Assembly: GCA_004431415.1 (NCBI GenBank) | Contig: QPMI01000027.1 | Coordinates: forward strand, 1-64,000 | DNA from: Cyanophora paradoxa CCMP329 | Taxonomy: Eukaryota; Plantae; Glaucophyta | Length of the DNA stretch: 64,000 nucleotides | Direction: 5' to 3' | Part shown: in pieces, positions 13,888 to 26,800 of the stretch | How the letters are laid out: each line of letters opens with the position of its first letter | Position numbering within the stretch: the first letter of the stretch is position 1 | Notes under the pieces: model-generated | The model's input: the letters and a program-made list of their open reading frames with translations, nothing else | What the model was told of the DNA's origin: nothing | Database searches by the model: none | Made by a program: the position numbers and the translations under genes

Positions 13888-14735
13888 CTAGATGTGTTTG
13901 GGATGCGGGGCCGGGCGAGGCGCCAGCTGCAGGTCACGTGGGCGGGGGCGGGCCGCCGTAGGAGCGGCGCGCCTGCGGGGGCCCGAAGCCCGGCCCGACG
14001 CCGTGGCCGGCGCCGCCGTAGCCCCGCAGGTGGCCAGGCTCCAGCGCCGCGCGGTCTGCCTCCGGGATCTGCATGCGCGCCTTGCTTTCAGCGCGCGCCG
14101 CTCTGGGGCGGGCGGGGCGGGCGGGGCGGTGCGGTGCCCGCCTCCATGGTCCACTCGTCCGTTTCCCAGGGCTCCTTGTCCTCGTAGGCCGCCGGCGGGC
14201 GCCGCTCCGCCGCCCCGGCGCCCCTCTCCGCCCCGACGTGCACCAGCTGCGAGTACCTGAGGAACCGAGGTGCGGGCGCGGGCGCGGGGCGTGCACCGAG
14301 GCGGATCTCTCGCCGAAGAGCAATTCGCGAACGATTCCCGCCGTCACGGCCTGCGGCGCTGGCGTCGAGGGGCGGCAGCTGGTGCGGTGCAAGTGCCCGA
14401 GGGACGCACCGGGTCGCGCATGCGCGCTGCCGCCCGCTCTCTGACGGAGGCGAGCTCGTCCTCGTCCTCGTCGCGGTCTTCGATCGCCTGCGCGAGGGTG
14501 GGGCAGACGTACGCGCGGAGGGGGGGACCGCACGGCGCTGGCGGGCGTGGGCGCAGGGACCATTACGAACTCCTCAGCCGCCACGCCGAGCGCGCCCTGT
14601 GCGATGGCAGCATTCTGTTCTCGCCGGACCGCGCCCTGCGATCGAGAGCTGCAGCGCGCGCTCGAAAGCGCTTGCAGCGCTCACCGGCCTCGCCGTCACG
14701 CGGGCTGTCCAGCCGGTATTCGATGGGTGGGACAT
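13888..14735 (-). CDS. Small spliced hypothetical protein
   Basis: An in-frame model can be built from the ATG at 14735: MSHPSNTGWTARVTARP|GAVRREQ...|AIEDRDEDEDELASVRE...|...EDKEPWETDEWTME|IPEAD...|LAPRPAPHPKHI-TAG. No family recognised. Confidence 0.5.
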
Positions 14736-14941
14736 CGTAATTCGAGCGGGGGGGGGGTATGCTGTAGTAGCCAGGCCGTCGGACCGACTGCTACGTTGTC
14801 AAAAACCTGGCGTCGCGAGTCCTTGTCAGGCCCTCGAGCTTGCTGGCCAGACGCAGCAACCTCCTGTGTTTCTCGCTTCTTGTTCCCGTACTTCTCCGTC
14901 CTGTCTACGGCTACGTCCCGCGCTTCGCCACAACATCTAGC

Positions 14942-16307
14942 ATGCCGGCCCCGACTGTAGTCCGAGAAGCTACGGTAGCTGAGGTGCGCACGTCACATGA
15001 TCGCTCCCGTCGCACCTGACACCTCCCAGGGGAAGCGAATCAAAGTCGAGCTCGGCGACATCACAAACTCGGACGCGGGTGAGCCAACTCGCTGCCTTCG
15101 CTGCATTGAGCGCACTCACGCGTACGCGCAGAGGCGATTGTAAACGCAGCGAACGAGCGGCTCGCGCATGGCGGCGGCGTCGGTGCATCCCTTGGCGTCT
15201 ATCGAGCGCGGCGCTAATGTGACATCCGCCCGCAGCCGGAGCGATCTCTCGCAAGGGCGGGCCGATGGTGCGCTCCGCCCTCGCGAGCGCCGCTCGCTCT
15301 CGGCGCGCCGGCCGACGCCGGGGCGCCGGTGCAGGTCCAGAAGGAGAGCACTGACTACGTGAACGAGCACGGCCTCGTGAGGACGGGGACCGTGGCCGAC
15401 ACGGGGCCAGGGAAGCTGAAGTGCAAGCGTCTGGTACGCGATCCCCGCCGAGCCGCACCAGCGCGCTTCGGGCCGTCGCTGAGGCTGCGAGGCAGATCCA
15501 CGCGGTGGGCCCGATCTGGGAGTCTGGGCGCAGCGACGAGCCGGAGCTGCTCCGCTCGGCCGTGCAGTGCGCTCGCTGCCGCATCCGATCCGGCCGCCCC
15601 CTGACGCCGCCCGCAGCAACAGCCTGCTGCGGGCCTCGCAGCTCAAGCTCAAATCCATATCCCTCCCCGCCATCTCCAGCGGCATCTTCGGGTCCACCCC
15701 CGCCCCCCCAACCCCTCCCCCCCCCCGTTCCGCCCGCGCCCCCTCCTTACGAGCCCGCCCCACCAGCTTCCCGAAGCCTCTCTGCGCCAAGATCATGTTC
15801 CAGGTGGCGCAGGATTACTTCGCCGAGGCCCGCGAGGACTCCCTCGAGGTACCCGCCCCCTTCCGCCGTCCCCGTACCCCTCCATGCGTGGAACCCTCCC
15901 CCCGCAGGAGGTCCGCTTCACGAACTTCGACGATGAAACGGTACCCCGGCATGTGGAGGGGTACGGCGGCGCCTCGCCTGACTTCCTCCGCCCCGCAGGT
16001 CGACATCTTCAAGGCCGAGTTCGACCGGGTACCCCTCCGCCCCCGCCCCCGCCCCCGCCCCCGCCCCCGCCCCCGCCCCCGCCCAGACTTGTACGGGGGC
16101 AGTGCTTCGGGAACCGGAAGGCGGCGGCGGAAGCGACGGCGGAGGCGCGGAAGGCGGCGGCCGAGTTCGAGGAGGAGGAGCTGGAGCGCAGCAAGGCATC
16201 CTGCTTGCCCTCCTGATCCCTCCTTTCCCGGGGGTCACGCGCCCACGCAGGAGAAGCGGCCCCGCAGCGAGGCGAACGAAGAGGACCCGGGGGAGGAGAA
16301 GAAGTGA
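14942..16307 (+). CDS. MacroD-type macrodomain protein (ADP-ribose / O-acetyl-ADP-ribose hydrolase family) with acidic tail
   Basis: Spliced motifs KVELGDIT, EAIVNAANERLAHGGGV, IHAVGPIW and SISLPAISSGIFG|FPK. Confidence 0.9.
16039..16084 (+). repeat. (GCCCCC)7 microsatellite in a macrodomain-gene intron
   Basis: Perfect hexamer run, giving a G-quadruplex-capable minus strand. Confidence 0.9.
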
Positions 16308-17002
16308 AGGGCTCACATGTGTGTACACGACAGGGCGTCGGGAGATCCATCGCCACGCCACGCTGGCGCCAGTGAGATGCAGGCTCCACGTAATGTGTGA
16401 GATTAGCCAAGAATTTCGATAATGCAGATCGTCGGACGAATCTTTGTTTGTTTCGAGAGTCACCGCCAGCGCCGGGCCGTGACCATGATCAACTAACACG
16501 CTGATGCCGTCATTGGACGCTGTGGGCATGTGCGCGCATGCGCAGCGCGCGCTCGTCAGCCGAGCGGACTCCATGATTGAGGGCAAACGCCTGCGGCAGT
16601 GCCATCATGCCAAACGCCTGTATTATGAAGGCCCTGAGGGCCGCCGGGCCTCCAGGCTTCGAATTCAAACTTGAAATCATGATCAAGTTACCAAGTTAGC
16701 TGGGCTGTGAAAGCAAATTAAAGTGAGCTTCAAGGCTTTCGCGAAGACTCGGCTCGGCGAGTTCTGAGGGCTCAGTGGCTCGCAATTGCAGTCGCTTGCA
16801 ATTGTTGATGATCCCTACAGCTATCTAGGCTAGGAGGGTCTGGTGGTAGAAAAACAAATTTCTCGGATAGGTCCGGTCAGGCAGGGAGGGTGTTGCCCCC
16901 CTCCCCACGCGCAGGTGTTTCCAGCGGCTCGGCCGGACCATATAAGAGGGACTGGTGGTAGACCTGCGCTGCCGATTTCGAGCGGCGGCAACGGGTATGT
17001 TT

Positions 17003-18217
17003 CTACTGCGTCTTCTTGCTGCGCTTTTTCGCGCCCGCCGCCGCCTCGCCCTTGCTGCCAGACGACGCCAGGCTCGAGAGCAACACATTGAAAAGAACCT
17101 GGGGTGGCACGGGATTCACGGGGGGGGGGGGGGGCGCGGGGCGGGATACAAAGGGGGTACGGGGTTTCGAACCTGGACAGCGTTGAGGAAAAGGGCCCGT
17201 GCCGCAAACTGGTCGTGGGGCGGTACCCGGGGAGTCGGGGGGAGGAGGCGGTGGGGGGGCGCGGGGCCGGGGGCGGGGCGCACGGGGATGTAGCGGAAGG
17301 AGACGAGGTGGGCGACGGGCCAGATGGTCCAGTTCATGAGCATCGCGCCCCCAAGGTTGCTCCGCACCTGCGCCGAGCGGCGTGCCGGCACGCCTCAAGA
17401 CGGGCGAGCGGGGGGTGCGACGTTGGGGGGCCGCACCGCCTTCAGGGAGTTGCCGGGGGAGAGCTTCGCGAATTCCATAAAGATGAAACTTCGATGCGGA
17501 CGGTGAGGGGAGAACATCAGTTCGGAAGGGGAGGGGTACTCTCACAAGAGGGACGTGAAGACAGGCGCGAAAACGATCTGGTCGCTGCGAGGCGGGACCA
17601 TGAGCGGGGTGCGTGGTCCGGACGGCAAGGGGTACGCTCACAAAGCCGTCTTCACGATGATGGCCTCGGGCGAGGAGGGCGCGTGCGGGTACAGGACCGT
17701 CTCAATGAAGCCGTACCTGCGCGGCACCTCAGTCGAGGAGCGGGAAGCAGAGTCCGTGGAGGGCCGCCGACCAGTAGTGGCAAATCGGACCATGGAGCAG
17801 AGCGCCGAAGAGGACGAAGCGGATCGTCTCGAGCGGGGAGAAGCTGGAGAGCTTGGGGAGCTGCGAGATCAGATTGCCCAGCAGGCAGCCGACGGCGCTC
17901 GTCGCGATCTTGGTCTCGAGAGGCTGCGCGCGGGCGGCAACCAGCGGTCGGCGTCAGCGGTCCCCACTCGGCGTCGCCGTCGCTGGGAGTGAACCAGCGC
18001 GCGCGCGCGCGCAGAGCTTAGCTAGCGCGTAGCTCCCACGCACGAAGTCATTGATGGATTTGATGTACTTCGCGTAATACTCCGCGAAGGCCGGCGGCAG
18101 CGAACCCGCGATGTTCAAGGTTTCCGAGCCGGCAAGGGCCGGGAGGGCCACGAACTCGAACGCCAGTACTGCGAGTACTTCCACCGTTAGGATGGAAAGC
18201 GTCTTCGAGAGCCCCAT
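17003..18217 (-). CDS. Mpv17/PMP22 family membrane protein
   Basis: Spliced Y..|PLETKIATSAVGCLLGNLISQ, DQIVFAPVF and NWTIWPVAHLVSFRYIP..RALFLNAVQ|VLFNVLLS. Confidence 0.85.
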
Positions 18218-18837
18218 GGATTGCGCTGAACAGGGTGTTCTGCTGCGTTGCTATTCTGCTCAGCCACAGGCTATAGCTAGCGGCCGGTTCTTCGCCACAG
18301 CGAGATCGGCGGCGGTTCAGAGAGCAAACTTCGACGAGACGACGTACCCCCCGACCCACAAAGCCGCCGAAGCGGGCGTTCTATGGTTCGTTCGCCGACT
18401 TATTCAACCAGGCCTGCTTGTACTAGCATTAAAGCTAAACTACTCCTTCCCCAGGACGAGGGGCCTTCACGGCGTCAGCAACGCTCGCTCAGAACTGCCG
18501 GGTGCGCGTGTGTGGGCTATAGAAAGCTATTTCGGTGCCTATAGAATGCTATTTCGAACTCGCTAGTGCCGTCCACCGCCGAAGGCTCAAGAATCCCCCG
18601 AACCCCGAGGCCCCCTTTCGCAGCTGCGGCCGGTCTTTTCTAACGCCTGCACAGCAAATCGACAGCTATTCCGGAGACCCTCAAGAGCGTGACTAATATC
18701 CCCAAGGACGAGGACGACGATAGGTGCGTGCCTGGGCGACCGTTTCGAGCCGGTCAGGGCGATCCGCCTGTGGTTTCACGCGGATCATCCCAGCTCGCTC
18801 AGCGCTCTGAGCCGCGCCTGACTGCGCCCGCAGCAAG

Positions 18838-20278
18838 ATGCCGCTGTCAGAGCGTCGCTCCCCGCGCACCGGCACCAAGGCCCCCTCCTCGGCCAACCGG
18901 ACCCGCCGCGTGCGTAGCTGGCTCTTTTAGCCCGCACCGCTCTTGTGCTGAGAGCCTGGCGGCGGGGCGCAGCCGCAGTCGCCGCCGACAGCGGAGCGGA
19001 AGCCGATCGTGGGGAGCAGCGGGCAGCGGAAGGCGGTGACGAGCCCGACGGCGCCGCGGGAGGAGGCGGGCGGGCCGCTCTCGCCGATCGTGCCGCCGCA
19101 GCAGTCCTCCGCCGCCTTCAACGAGAACGTCGCGCTCAACCTCGTCGCCTCCCAGGCGGGCCCTCGCGCCACCCCCCACGAGAGCGCGCGCCCCCCTCAC
19201 CCCTCTCTCCGCTTCGCCGCGCGCAGATGCAGGGGCTCGCGGTGTCGCCCGTGAAGCAGAAGCAGGCGCGCTCGGAGCTCGCCTCGCCGGCGGTCGTCGA
19301 GGCCGCCGCCGCCCTCGTCGGCTCCGAGCAGGAGAACAAGGCCCTCGAGGACATCGGTGGGCGGCGGTCTCTCGCCTCTCGCGGCGGCTCGGGCGGCTCT
19401 GAGCGCGCCGCCCGCCCGCGCAGTCTCGGCGGACAAGTACCGCGAGGTCCTCGAGCTCCTCCGCGAGCAGCAGGTGCGGAGATGGAGGACCCCGGCTCGC
19501 ATCCGGCCGGCGCGCCCCGCTGAGGCGCCCCCGCAGTCCCGCATGGAGGAGCTCCTGAGGGAGCGCAAGAACGTGCAGGAGAAGCTCCAGCAGGCGAGCC
19601 GGGGAGCCGCGCCGCGCGGGCCGGGTCGGGTCAGCTCTGAGCTGGTGCGGGGCCAGGTGGTGGAGCAGGCGGCGATGGTGCGGCAGATGAGCGACACGCG
19701 CGTCGAGCTCATCAAGCGCCAGTTCGAGCAGCAGGCGCGCCCTCCCTGCCGGCCCCCTCGGCCCAGGCCGCCTCTCACCGGGCGGCCGGCAGATCGAGAG
19801 CAAGAACGCGCACATCGAGGAGCTGCGCCAGCGCATGATGAACTTCAAGGTGCGGGGGCGCACCCCGGCCCCTTGGCCGCCCCGCGCCCCCTCAGCGCCC
19901 CCGCCCCGCAGGATGCCCAGCAGGCCCCCGGCGCCTGCTGCGGCGTCCTCGGCTTCAGCGCCATCTCCTGGTACCCCCATCCTCGCCGTGCACCCCGGCG
20001 GGTCCCTGACGGGGGCGCGCACCCCCCGCGGCAGCCTGAAGTTCCTGTTCCGGCCGCTGGACGAGGGGGCGGGCCCGAGCGGGGTGTCGCAGGACTCGGT
20101 GGGGAGCGGGAGCAGCGGCGGGGACGGGGCGTCGCCGTCGGAGCGGGAGCTGCGGGCGGCGGCGATGGAGCAGCACCACTCGAGCCCGGGGTGGCCCTCC
20201 CCCGCCCACCACGCCCCCCTCTCGGCCTCGGCCGTCCACTCCGCCATCCTCGCAGCCGCCGATCGCGACCGCCCCTAG
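18838..20278 (+). CDS. Hypothetical coiled-coil protein (5' end uncertain, may extend upstream to about 18200-18400)
   Basis: Exons KYREVLELLREQQ|SRMEELLRERKNVQEKLQQ|VVEQAAMVRQMSDTRVELIKRQFEQQ|IESKNAHIEELRQRMMNFK joined by GT/GC-AG introns, followed by an S/P-rich tail and TAG ending at 20278. Confidence 0.55.
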
Positions 20279-21315
20279 ACCGCACCACGCCAGGCGAGCC
20301 CCACGTAGCCTTAGCGCAGCGCAGAGGGGGCCCGAGAGGCCCCACCGCCCCCGCGACTTCCCCGCGCGGCGCCCCCGCAACCCCTGTAGCTAGCCTGAGG
20401 CCGCCCGCCGGCTTGCTCCAGCCTCCACCGCGCTTCTGCCCGTTTCAGAGGGCGAGCGCCCTGTAGTCTCCTTGCCAGTGCCGGTACCCGGTGTATGAAT
20501 ATTGCTATCTGACGTTATCTGACGTTGGTATTTGAGTTCGAATCCGCCCAACCGGCATCATGCCATGACGGCATCTCGAGAGAGAGCCGCTGACTCGAGT
20601 GAGCTTCCTGGACATCTGATCATGAGTCTCAAGAATACAGATCGATGCGGAGCGCGTTCGGGATGTGCAAGGGCGGGACGCAATGGAAACTCGCGATTCT
20701 CCGGTTCTCGGGAAAACACTACGTCGGACAAAGCTATCCTAGCTACGCATAAAACCTATATCGATATCAACATTATGGCTAGCGTTACGCAGTAGACGAC
20801 TCCGCGACTCAGCGGGCAATTGCCGGTACCGGATACGGAGTCCGGACCAGAAAATATTCAAGATTAAAGACGCCCTGAAGGCGCCTAATGCAAGCACGAA
20901 CAAACTGGAGACTAAATGTTGCAATCTTCTCGGTAAAGGCACACGAATGACTGAATACCTTGAAACTAATCGGAAGTCTACGCTGAAAAAAGTAAGGCAA
21001 AGCATTAGACACTCGGAGTCTCGAATCTGCACGTCGCGAAACGTGAGCGTGCCAGACACAAAACCACTGACTGAACAGGAGTCTGAACTGAACTGTGAAC
21101 GGCAGAGACAAAAATGTGGCGGCCTTCACGGTGCAGCCGTTCGGGGCGGGAGTGCTCGATCTCGCTCCGCCGGCTGGGCCGCGGAGGCCTGGATCTGATC
21201 TACGGCGCACGCGGCGCGCGCAAGGAGAATGTACACCTGAAAAAACGGGTCGATGACGAATCGAACATGCACGCTGGAGGCTTCGATTGAGGGGGCCTCG
21301 GAGCGGGTGGAGGGC

Positions 21316-22753
21316 TCAGAGGGACAGGAGGAGGGCGGCGGCTGCGACGGCGCCGTCGTCGCGGGCGGCGGCGGCGGCGCAGGAGTCGGGGGATCCCGCG
21401 GATGCGGAGGAGGAGGCGGGGGAGTCGGGCGAGCTCCCCTCCGCCGGCTCCGCCCCCGAGTCCTCCTCCGAGAGCCCCGCCCCCGCCTGCCGGTGCGGCC
21501 GCCGCGCCGCCGGCGGCGAGAGCGCCGTCCGCCGCTTCCCGCGCGTGGAGAGGGGCAGGACGGGCGAGGAGGGCGGCGCGGAGGCGTGCGGGCGGGCGCC
21601 GAGGCTGAGCTGCGAGGCGGCGCGGGCGAGCCCGTGGTCGTCCCGCGAGGAGGGGACCTCGGCGCCCGCGCGGCGCGGGCCCCGGTGCAGCTGCCGCCGG
21701 CCCCGCGCCGCCCCCGCCGCTGCTGCCCCCGGCTCCGACGCCGCGCGCGAGAGGAGGGGCGGGAGCGGCGACATCGGCGGGCCGCTCAGGCCCGACAGGA
21801 GCGGCGAGGACTGCGGGCGGCGATCGGCCGACGGACGGGTGCACGCGACGAGGGGAGCGGGGGGTTGGCGGACCTCGGGCGTGCGCTGGATGGGCGTACC
21901 GCGTCCCGAGAGCGGCGTGCCGGCGCCGGACGAGGCGGGGGTACAGCAGCCGGAGGGCATCCCGCAGTGAGAGGGGGTGGAGGCGGCGCGGGAGAGGGCG
22001 GTGCGGGGGAAGGGCGCGAGGTGGAGCATGGAGAGGCGCTCGAGGGTCGCCTGCTCCAGCGGCATCCGCTGGCGGGAGAAAAGGAGGCCGACCGCGATCA
22101 CGTGCGCCGACTCGAAGGCCTCCCCGGCGCGGACGCCGCGCACCGAGACGGGGAACGCCAGCGCTGCCATCGAATTCGAATTTTTAGATTCGAAATCGCA
22201 TTCGGCGGCGGGCTGGCTCGAGGGCACCCGTCATGAAGCCGGCGTCGGTCGCGGCGGCGCTGCGGAGGAGCGCGTCGGGCGGCGAGCGGCCGATGTCCTG
22301 CGTCCACCGCACGCGCCTGCGAGTTGGGCTGCCTCAGGCGCGACGCGGAAATGAGGCGGCGGGGCGCGCTGACCGGGTCGAGAAGGCGCCGCCGACGAGG
22401 CTCTGGCCGGCGGCGATCTTGATGCCGTCGGCGGCGGCCGCCATGGCCTCGATCACGGCGACCGAGGCGTCGTCGTGCGCGATCCCCCGCTGGAAGAGGA
22501 GCCCGTCCCCGGACTCCGAGCACGGCATCCAAATCTCACCTGGGGTCAGCGAGCCGCCTGGGGTCAGCGAGGCTAGCGCGCAGGCGCTGGCGCCAGCGAA
22601 TTGAAGGCGGAGCGAACCGTAGCTCCACCCTGGCACCGACCCCAGGATCCCATCGAGCAGGGACGTGACGCGATCATGCACGAAGTCGGCCGGGAGTGCG
22701 ATGAAAATAGGCGAGCTGGGCAGCACGAGCTGCGGCGATGAGAGGGGCGCCAT
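21316..22753 (-). CDS. GAF-domain protein with low-complexity S/P-rich C-terminus
   Basis: Two-intron model reads EIWMP...GQSLVGGAFSTR|RVRWTQDI...LLRSAAATDAGFMT|ALAFPV...VIAVGLLFS, the pattern of GAF domains (cyanobacterial GAF_2 / NLP-type). Recognised by motif only. Confidence 0.6.
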
Positions 22754-23895
22754 GCTGTCGAGCTCGAGCAAGCGCTGTCGAAACAAACTGCAGCTGCTGG
22801 GGAGTTGGCTGCGCCGGCAGCTGCTGCAAGCGCTTGTGGGATTGCTGCTTTGTCTAGCCTCTGCTGTCGACGTCTGGCCTAAGCGCGAGCGTTGCCAGGC
22901 TGCTGCAGGTTGCGCGCGCGAGAACCAAATCAAAAATCAGACGTTGTTCTGGACTGATCAGACGAGGTGCGCATGCGCACGCACGCGTTGAGGGGAAAGA
23001 CCAGATCACCACAGCTGCAGCTGCAAGTTCCTGCAACTGCAAGCTGCTGCCGATCGAGCGATGACGCAACAGGGAAAAGACCAGATCAGAAAGTGGTTCG
23101 TTTGCGCTGCACAGCTTCAGGGCGAGCTCGAGGAAGCTTGCAGAGTTGACGTACGTTCTAGATCTCACGTGCACTGCGGCTGTAGATCTAGACGCTGACG
23201 CGTACATGAAGAGATTCTCGCTGGTCTCCAATGCAATTCAGAGGATGGAAAGGAGAACTGGTTTTGGTGCCTCAATCGCGCGCTCCTGTCAAATTAAATG
23301 TGGTGCGCGCGCGCGCCGCGGCGCGCGTGACGCCGACGAGCGTAATTGGTGACAGGACCCCAAGTCGAGGAGGAAGTTACGAAGGCTCCGGATGGATGCG
23401 GCGAGCGGCTGCAGCGCGGCGCGGTACCCGCCCGACCAGGTCTGCGCTGCTGCAGACGGGCCGGCGCTGCGCGGCTCGATGCTTATGCTCATCGCAATCG
23501 TTGGTTGGCGCCGAGAGCGCCGGGAGCCGGAGCGCCGGGAGCGGGCTTGCGGGGGTACAGGCACCAGGAGCTGCTGCCTGTGCCAGCTGGAACACCATTA
23601 GGGGTGCCATTCAAGGGCTGAGGGGCGTCGGAGCTACCGGATTGCACTTTGACCAAGTACGATCGTTGGAGAGCGCTTGCGGGTCAGCAGGTCGTCAGCG
23701 CGTACCGGGAAGCGCCTGCCGCGCCTAGCACAGGCCCGCAGGCGCGTTTCCCTTGAATTGGAGTTCAGCTACGGGCTCACTGTGGCGTGCACCTGCAGCG
23801 CAGGCCGCAGGCGGCGGCGGGAGGAGCGCCAGTCTGTAGAAAGCAGCCATCTAGGCGCTGCCTCATGCGGCTAACGACGGAATCTTAGCTCAGAA

Positions 23896-26800
23896 ATGGG
23901 CTGCAGCTGCAGTCGCGGGGCCGTTGCGCCGTATCCAGGCAAGGCAACTGGTCCCGCGACCGCGCGGACGGCGCGTAGCCGGAAGGGGTCGGCTCAAGGA
24001 GATCTTGCGGAGCTGGAGACGCACAGGCAGGAGGTCGAGCTCAAAGTCTCGAAGACGCGAGGCGCGGCCGGCGCCCACCTCCCCGCCCCGCACCGACGCG
24101 CGCGATCCTCTCTCCCATGCCGACCGCGCCTCGCAGTTGTCCGCGTCTTTGTCTCCAGCACCTTCCGGTTCGCCGCCCCCGCCCCGGCCTCCCGGCCACG
24201 GGCCGCCGGCCTGACCTCGCGAGGCGCAGGGACATGGTGCGCGGGGCGGGGGCGGGGGGGGCGGGGCGAGGTGCGCTGAGCGGGGCGCAGAAGGAGGACC
24301 GGGACGCGCTGAACGCGAAGTGCTTCCCGGCGATGCGGGCGCTGTGCGCCCAGCGCGGCCTGCTCTTCGTCTCCATCGACCTCCGCTGGGGCGTCACCGC
24401 CGCCGTGCCCGCCCCCCGCCCCGCCCCGCCCGCCAGCGCCGCGCGACCCCCGCCGGCCCTCACGCCTCCTCTGCGGGCAGGACACGGAGAACAACCTGAC
24501 CATCCAGATCTGCCTCGACGAGGCGCCCGCCCGCCCCGCCCCGCGCCCGCGCCCCTGAGGGGTGGGGGCGGCCCCGCTCACTGGCGCCCCCACCGCCCCT
24601 CCAGATCGACAAGTGCCGGCCGTACTTCGTCGGGATCCTGGGTGCGCGCGCGCGCCGACGAGCGCCCCCCGCCCGCCTCCCCGAGGCCCGCCCCGCCAGG
24701 CATGCGCTACGGCTGGGCCCAGCAGACCGACGGGTGCGCCGCGTGCCCCCTCGTCCCCCGCCTTCGCTCCCGCCTCCCTCCGCCCCTCGGCGTGCGAGCT
24801 GGGGCGCGGGGGCGCGGGGGCAGGTCGGACGCGCTGCTGGCGGCGACGTTCAAGCACGCGGAGAAGAAGAGCAAGTACAAGTGGCTCAAGAAGTACCGCG
24901 ACCGCTCCGTCACCGAGGTGCCGCCTGCGCGGGCCGGCGCCGCGCCTCGCGGGGGGCCTGAGGGCGGGCGGGGGTACAGCTCGAGATCATCTACGCGGCG
25001 CTGGACCAGCCGAAGAAGGACACGTACGGCACCTTCTTCTACTTCCGCGCCCCCGACTACCGTCCGCCCCGCCTCCTCCCCGCCCTGCGTCCTCCCCCCG
25101 ACCCTCCGCAGGGCCCCCCGGGGCCGAAGGCATGAGCGCGGACGAGCTGGCGGGGTACCGGGACACGGACGCGTGGCGGCTGGAGCGGCTCGCCGCCCTC
25201 AAGCAGCGCATCCGTGACTCCGACTTCCCCGTGCGCGGGCGCGGGCGCGCTCCGGGGCCGGCTGCAGGCGTGCCGAAGAGGCGCTCCGGGGCCAGGTGTA
25301 CGAGCCGTACGGGAGCGTGGGGGAGCTCGCCGAGCGCCTCCGCTCCGACCTCGAGGCGGTGCGGCGCCCCGCCCCCGCCCCAGCCTCGGCCGCCGCCCCC
25401 CCGGCCTCCTGAGAGCACGCGGCGACGCCGGGGACTCCGGGGGCGGGGGGGCAGGTGATCGTGCGGGACTTCCCGGAGGCGACGCAGCCGACGCCCCTCG
25501 AGCGCGAGCGCCAGGCCCACGAGGCAGCCCCCGGCCCCGCCCCGCCCCGCCCCGGCTCCCCTCTGAGAGGCGCCGCAGGCCTTCGCGGAGATGCGGCGGC
25601 GGGTGTACGTCGGGCGCTCCGCCCTCATGGCCCAGCTCGACCGCCTCGTCGAGGGTGCCCCCCCGGCCCCGCCCCTCCCTGCCCCCCGCTCCTCCTCCCG
25701 CCGAGGCGCCGCGCCGCGCCCCGCGCCGCGCAGAGGAGGGCCCGCCGGTGTGCGTGCTGGGCGAGGCCGGCGCCGGCAAGAGCGCCTTCATCGCCAACTG
25801 GGTCCACCGGCGCGCCCGCCCCGGCCCCCTCCCGCCCCGGGGGGCGGGCGAGCGAGCGAGGGTGGCGGGGCGCAGGTACCGCTCGCGGCGCCCGAAGGAC
25901 TTCATCTTCATCCACTTCATCGGTGCGGCCCCGGGCGGGGGCGGGCGGCGGGGGCGGGGCGGGGGCGGCGGAGCGAGGCGGGTGCGGGGCGGGGCGCAGG
26001 CGGCTCGAACGAGAGCGCGTCGCACGTGAAGCTGGCGCGCCGCCTGCTGGCCTCCCTCGAGGACGCCTTCCCCGGCAAGCTCGAGGCGGAGGCCCCCAAG
26101 GACGCCGACGAGGCCGTGCGCGCCCTCCCCGACCTCCTCATCCAGGCCGCCGCCGCCCTGCCCCGCCCCGCACGCATCTGCCTCGTCCTTGGTGCCCCCC
26201 GCCCCCGCCCCGCCGGCGCGGGCGGGGGTGATGCCGGGGCGGGCGGGGGCAGACGCGCTGGACCAGCTGGAGGAGGCGCCGGGGGCCTCGAGCCTCGCCT
26301 GGCTCCCCAAGTCCTTCCCCCGCAACGCCCGCCTCGTCGTCTCGACGCTCCCGGGGCGCGCCCTCGAGGCCACGCGCGAGCGCGGCTTCCGCGAGCTCCG
26401 CGTCGAGCCCCTCGCCGAGCCCGTGCGCCCCGGCCACGCTGCTCCCGCGCTGCTCCCGCCCCGCCCCGAGCCGCGCGGGCCCGCCCTGCTCTGGCGCGCA
26501 GGAGCAGCGGGAGATGATCCGGGAGTACCTCGGCCAGTACGGCAAGGCGCGCCGGCGGCGGCCGCTCGGCCCCGCGCGGCGGCGGCTGAGGCGGGGGGGG
26601 GGCGCAGCGGCTGGAGGAGGGGACGGTGGAGCGGATCGTGGGGGCCCCGCAGGCGCGCAACGCCCTCTACCTCCGCACCCTCCTCGAGGAGATGCGCATC
26701 TTCGGCGACTTCGAGAAGGCCCGCCCCGCCCCGCCCCCCGCCCCGCCGCGGCCCCGCGCCTGTGTGCGCTGACGGGCTCGCGGCAGGTGGCGGAGAAGCT

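Noticed and set aside
20530-20550. GTTCGAATCC T-loop/B-box-like word (similar words near 59815 and 60435) as a tRNA
   Set aside because: No cloverleaf or acceptor stem could be built around them.
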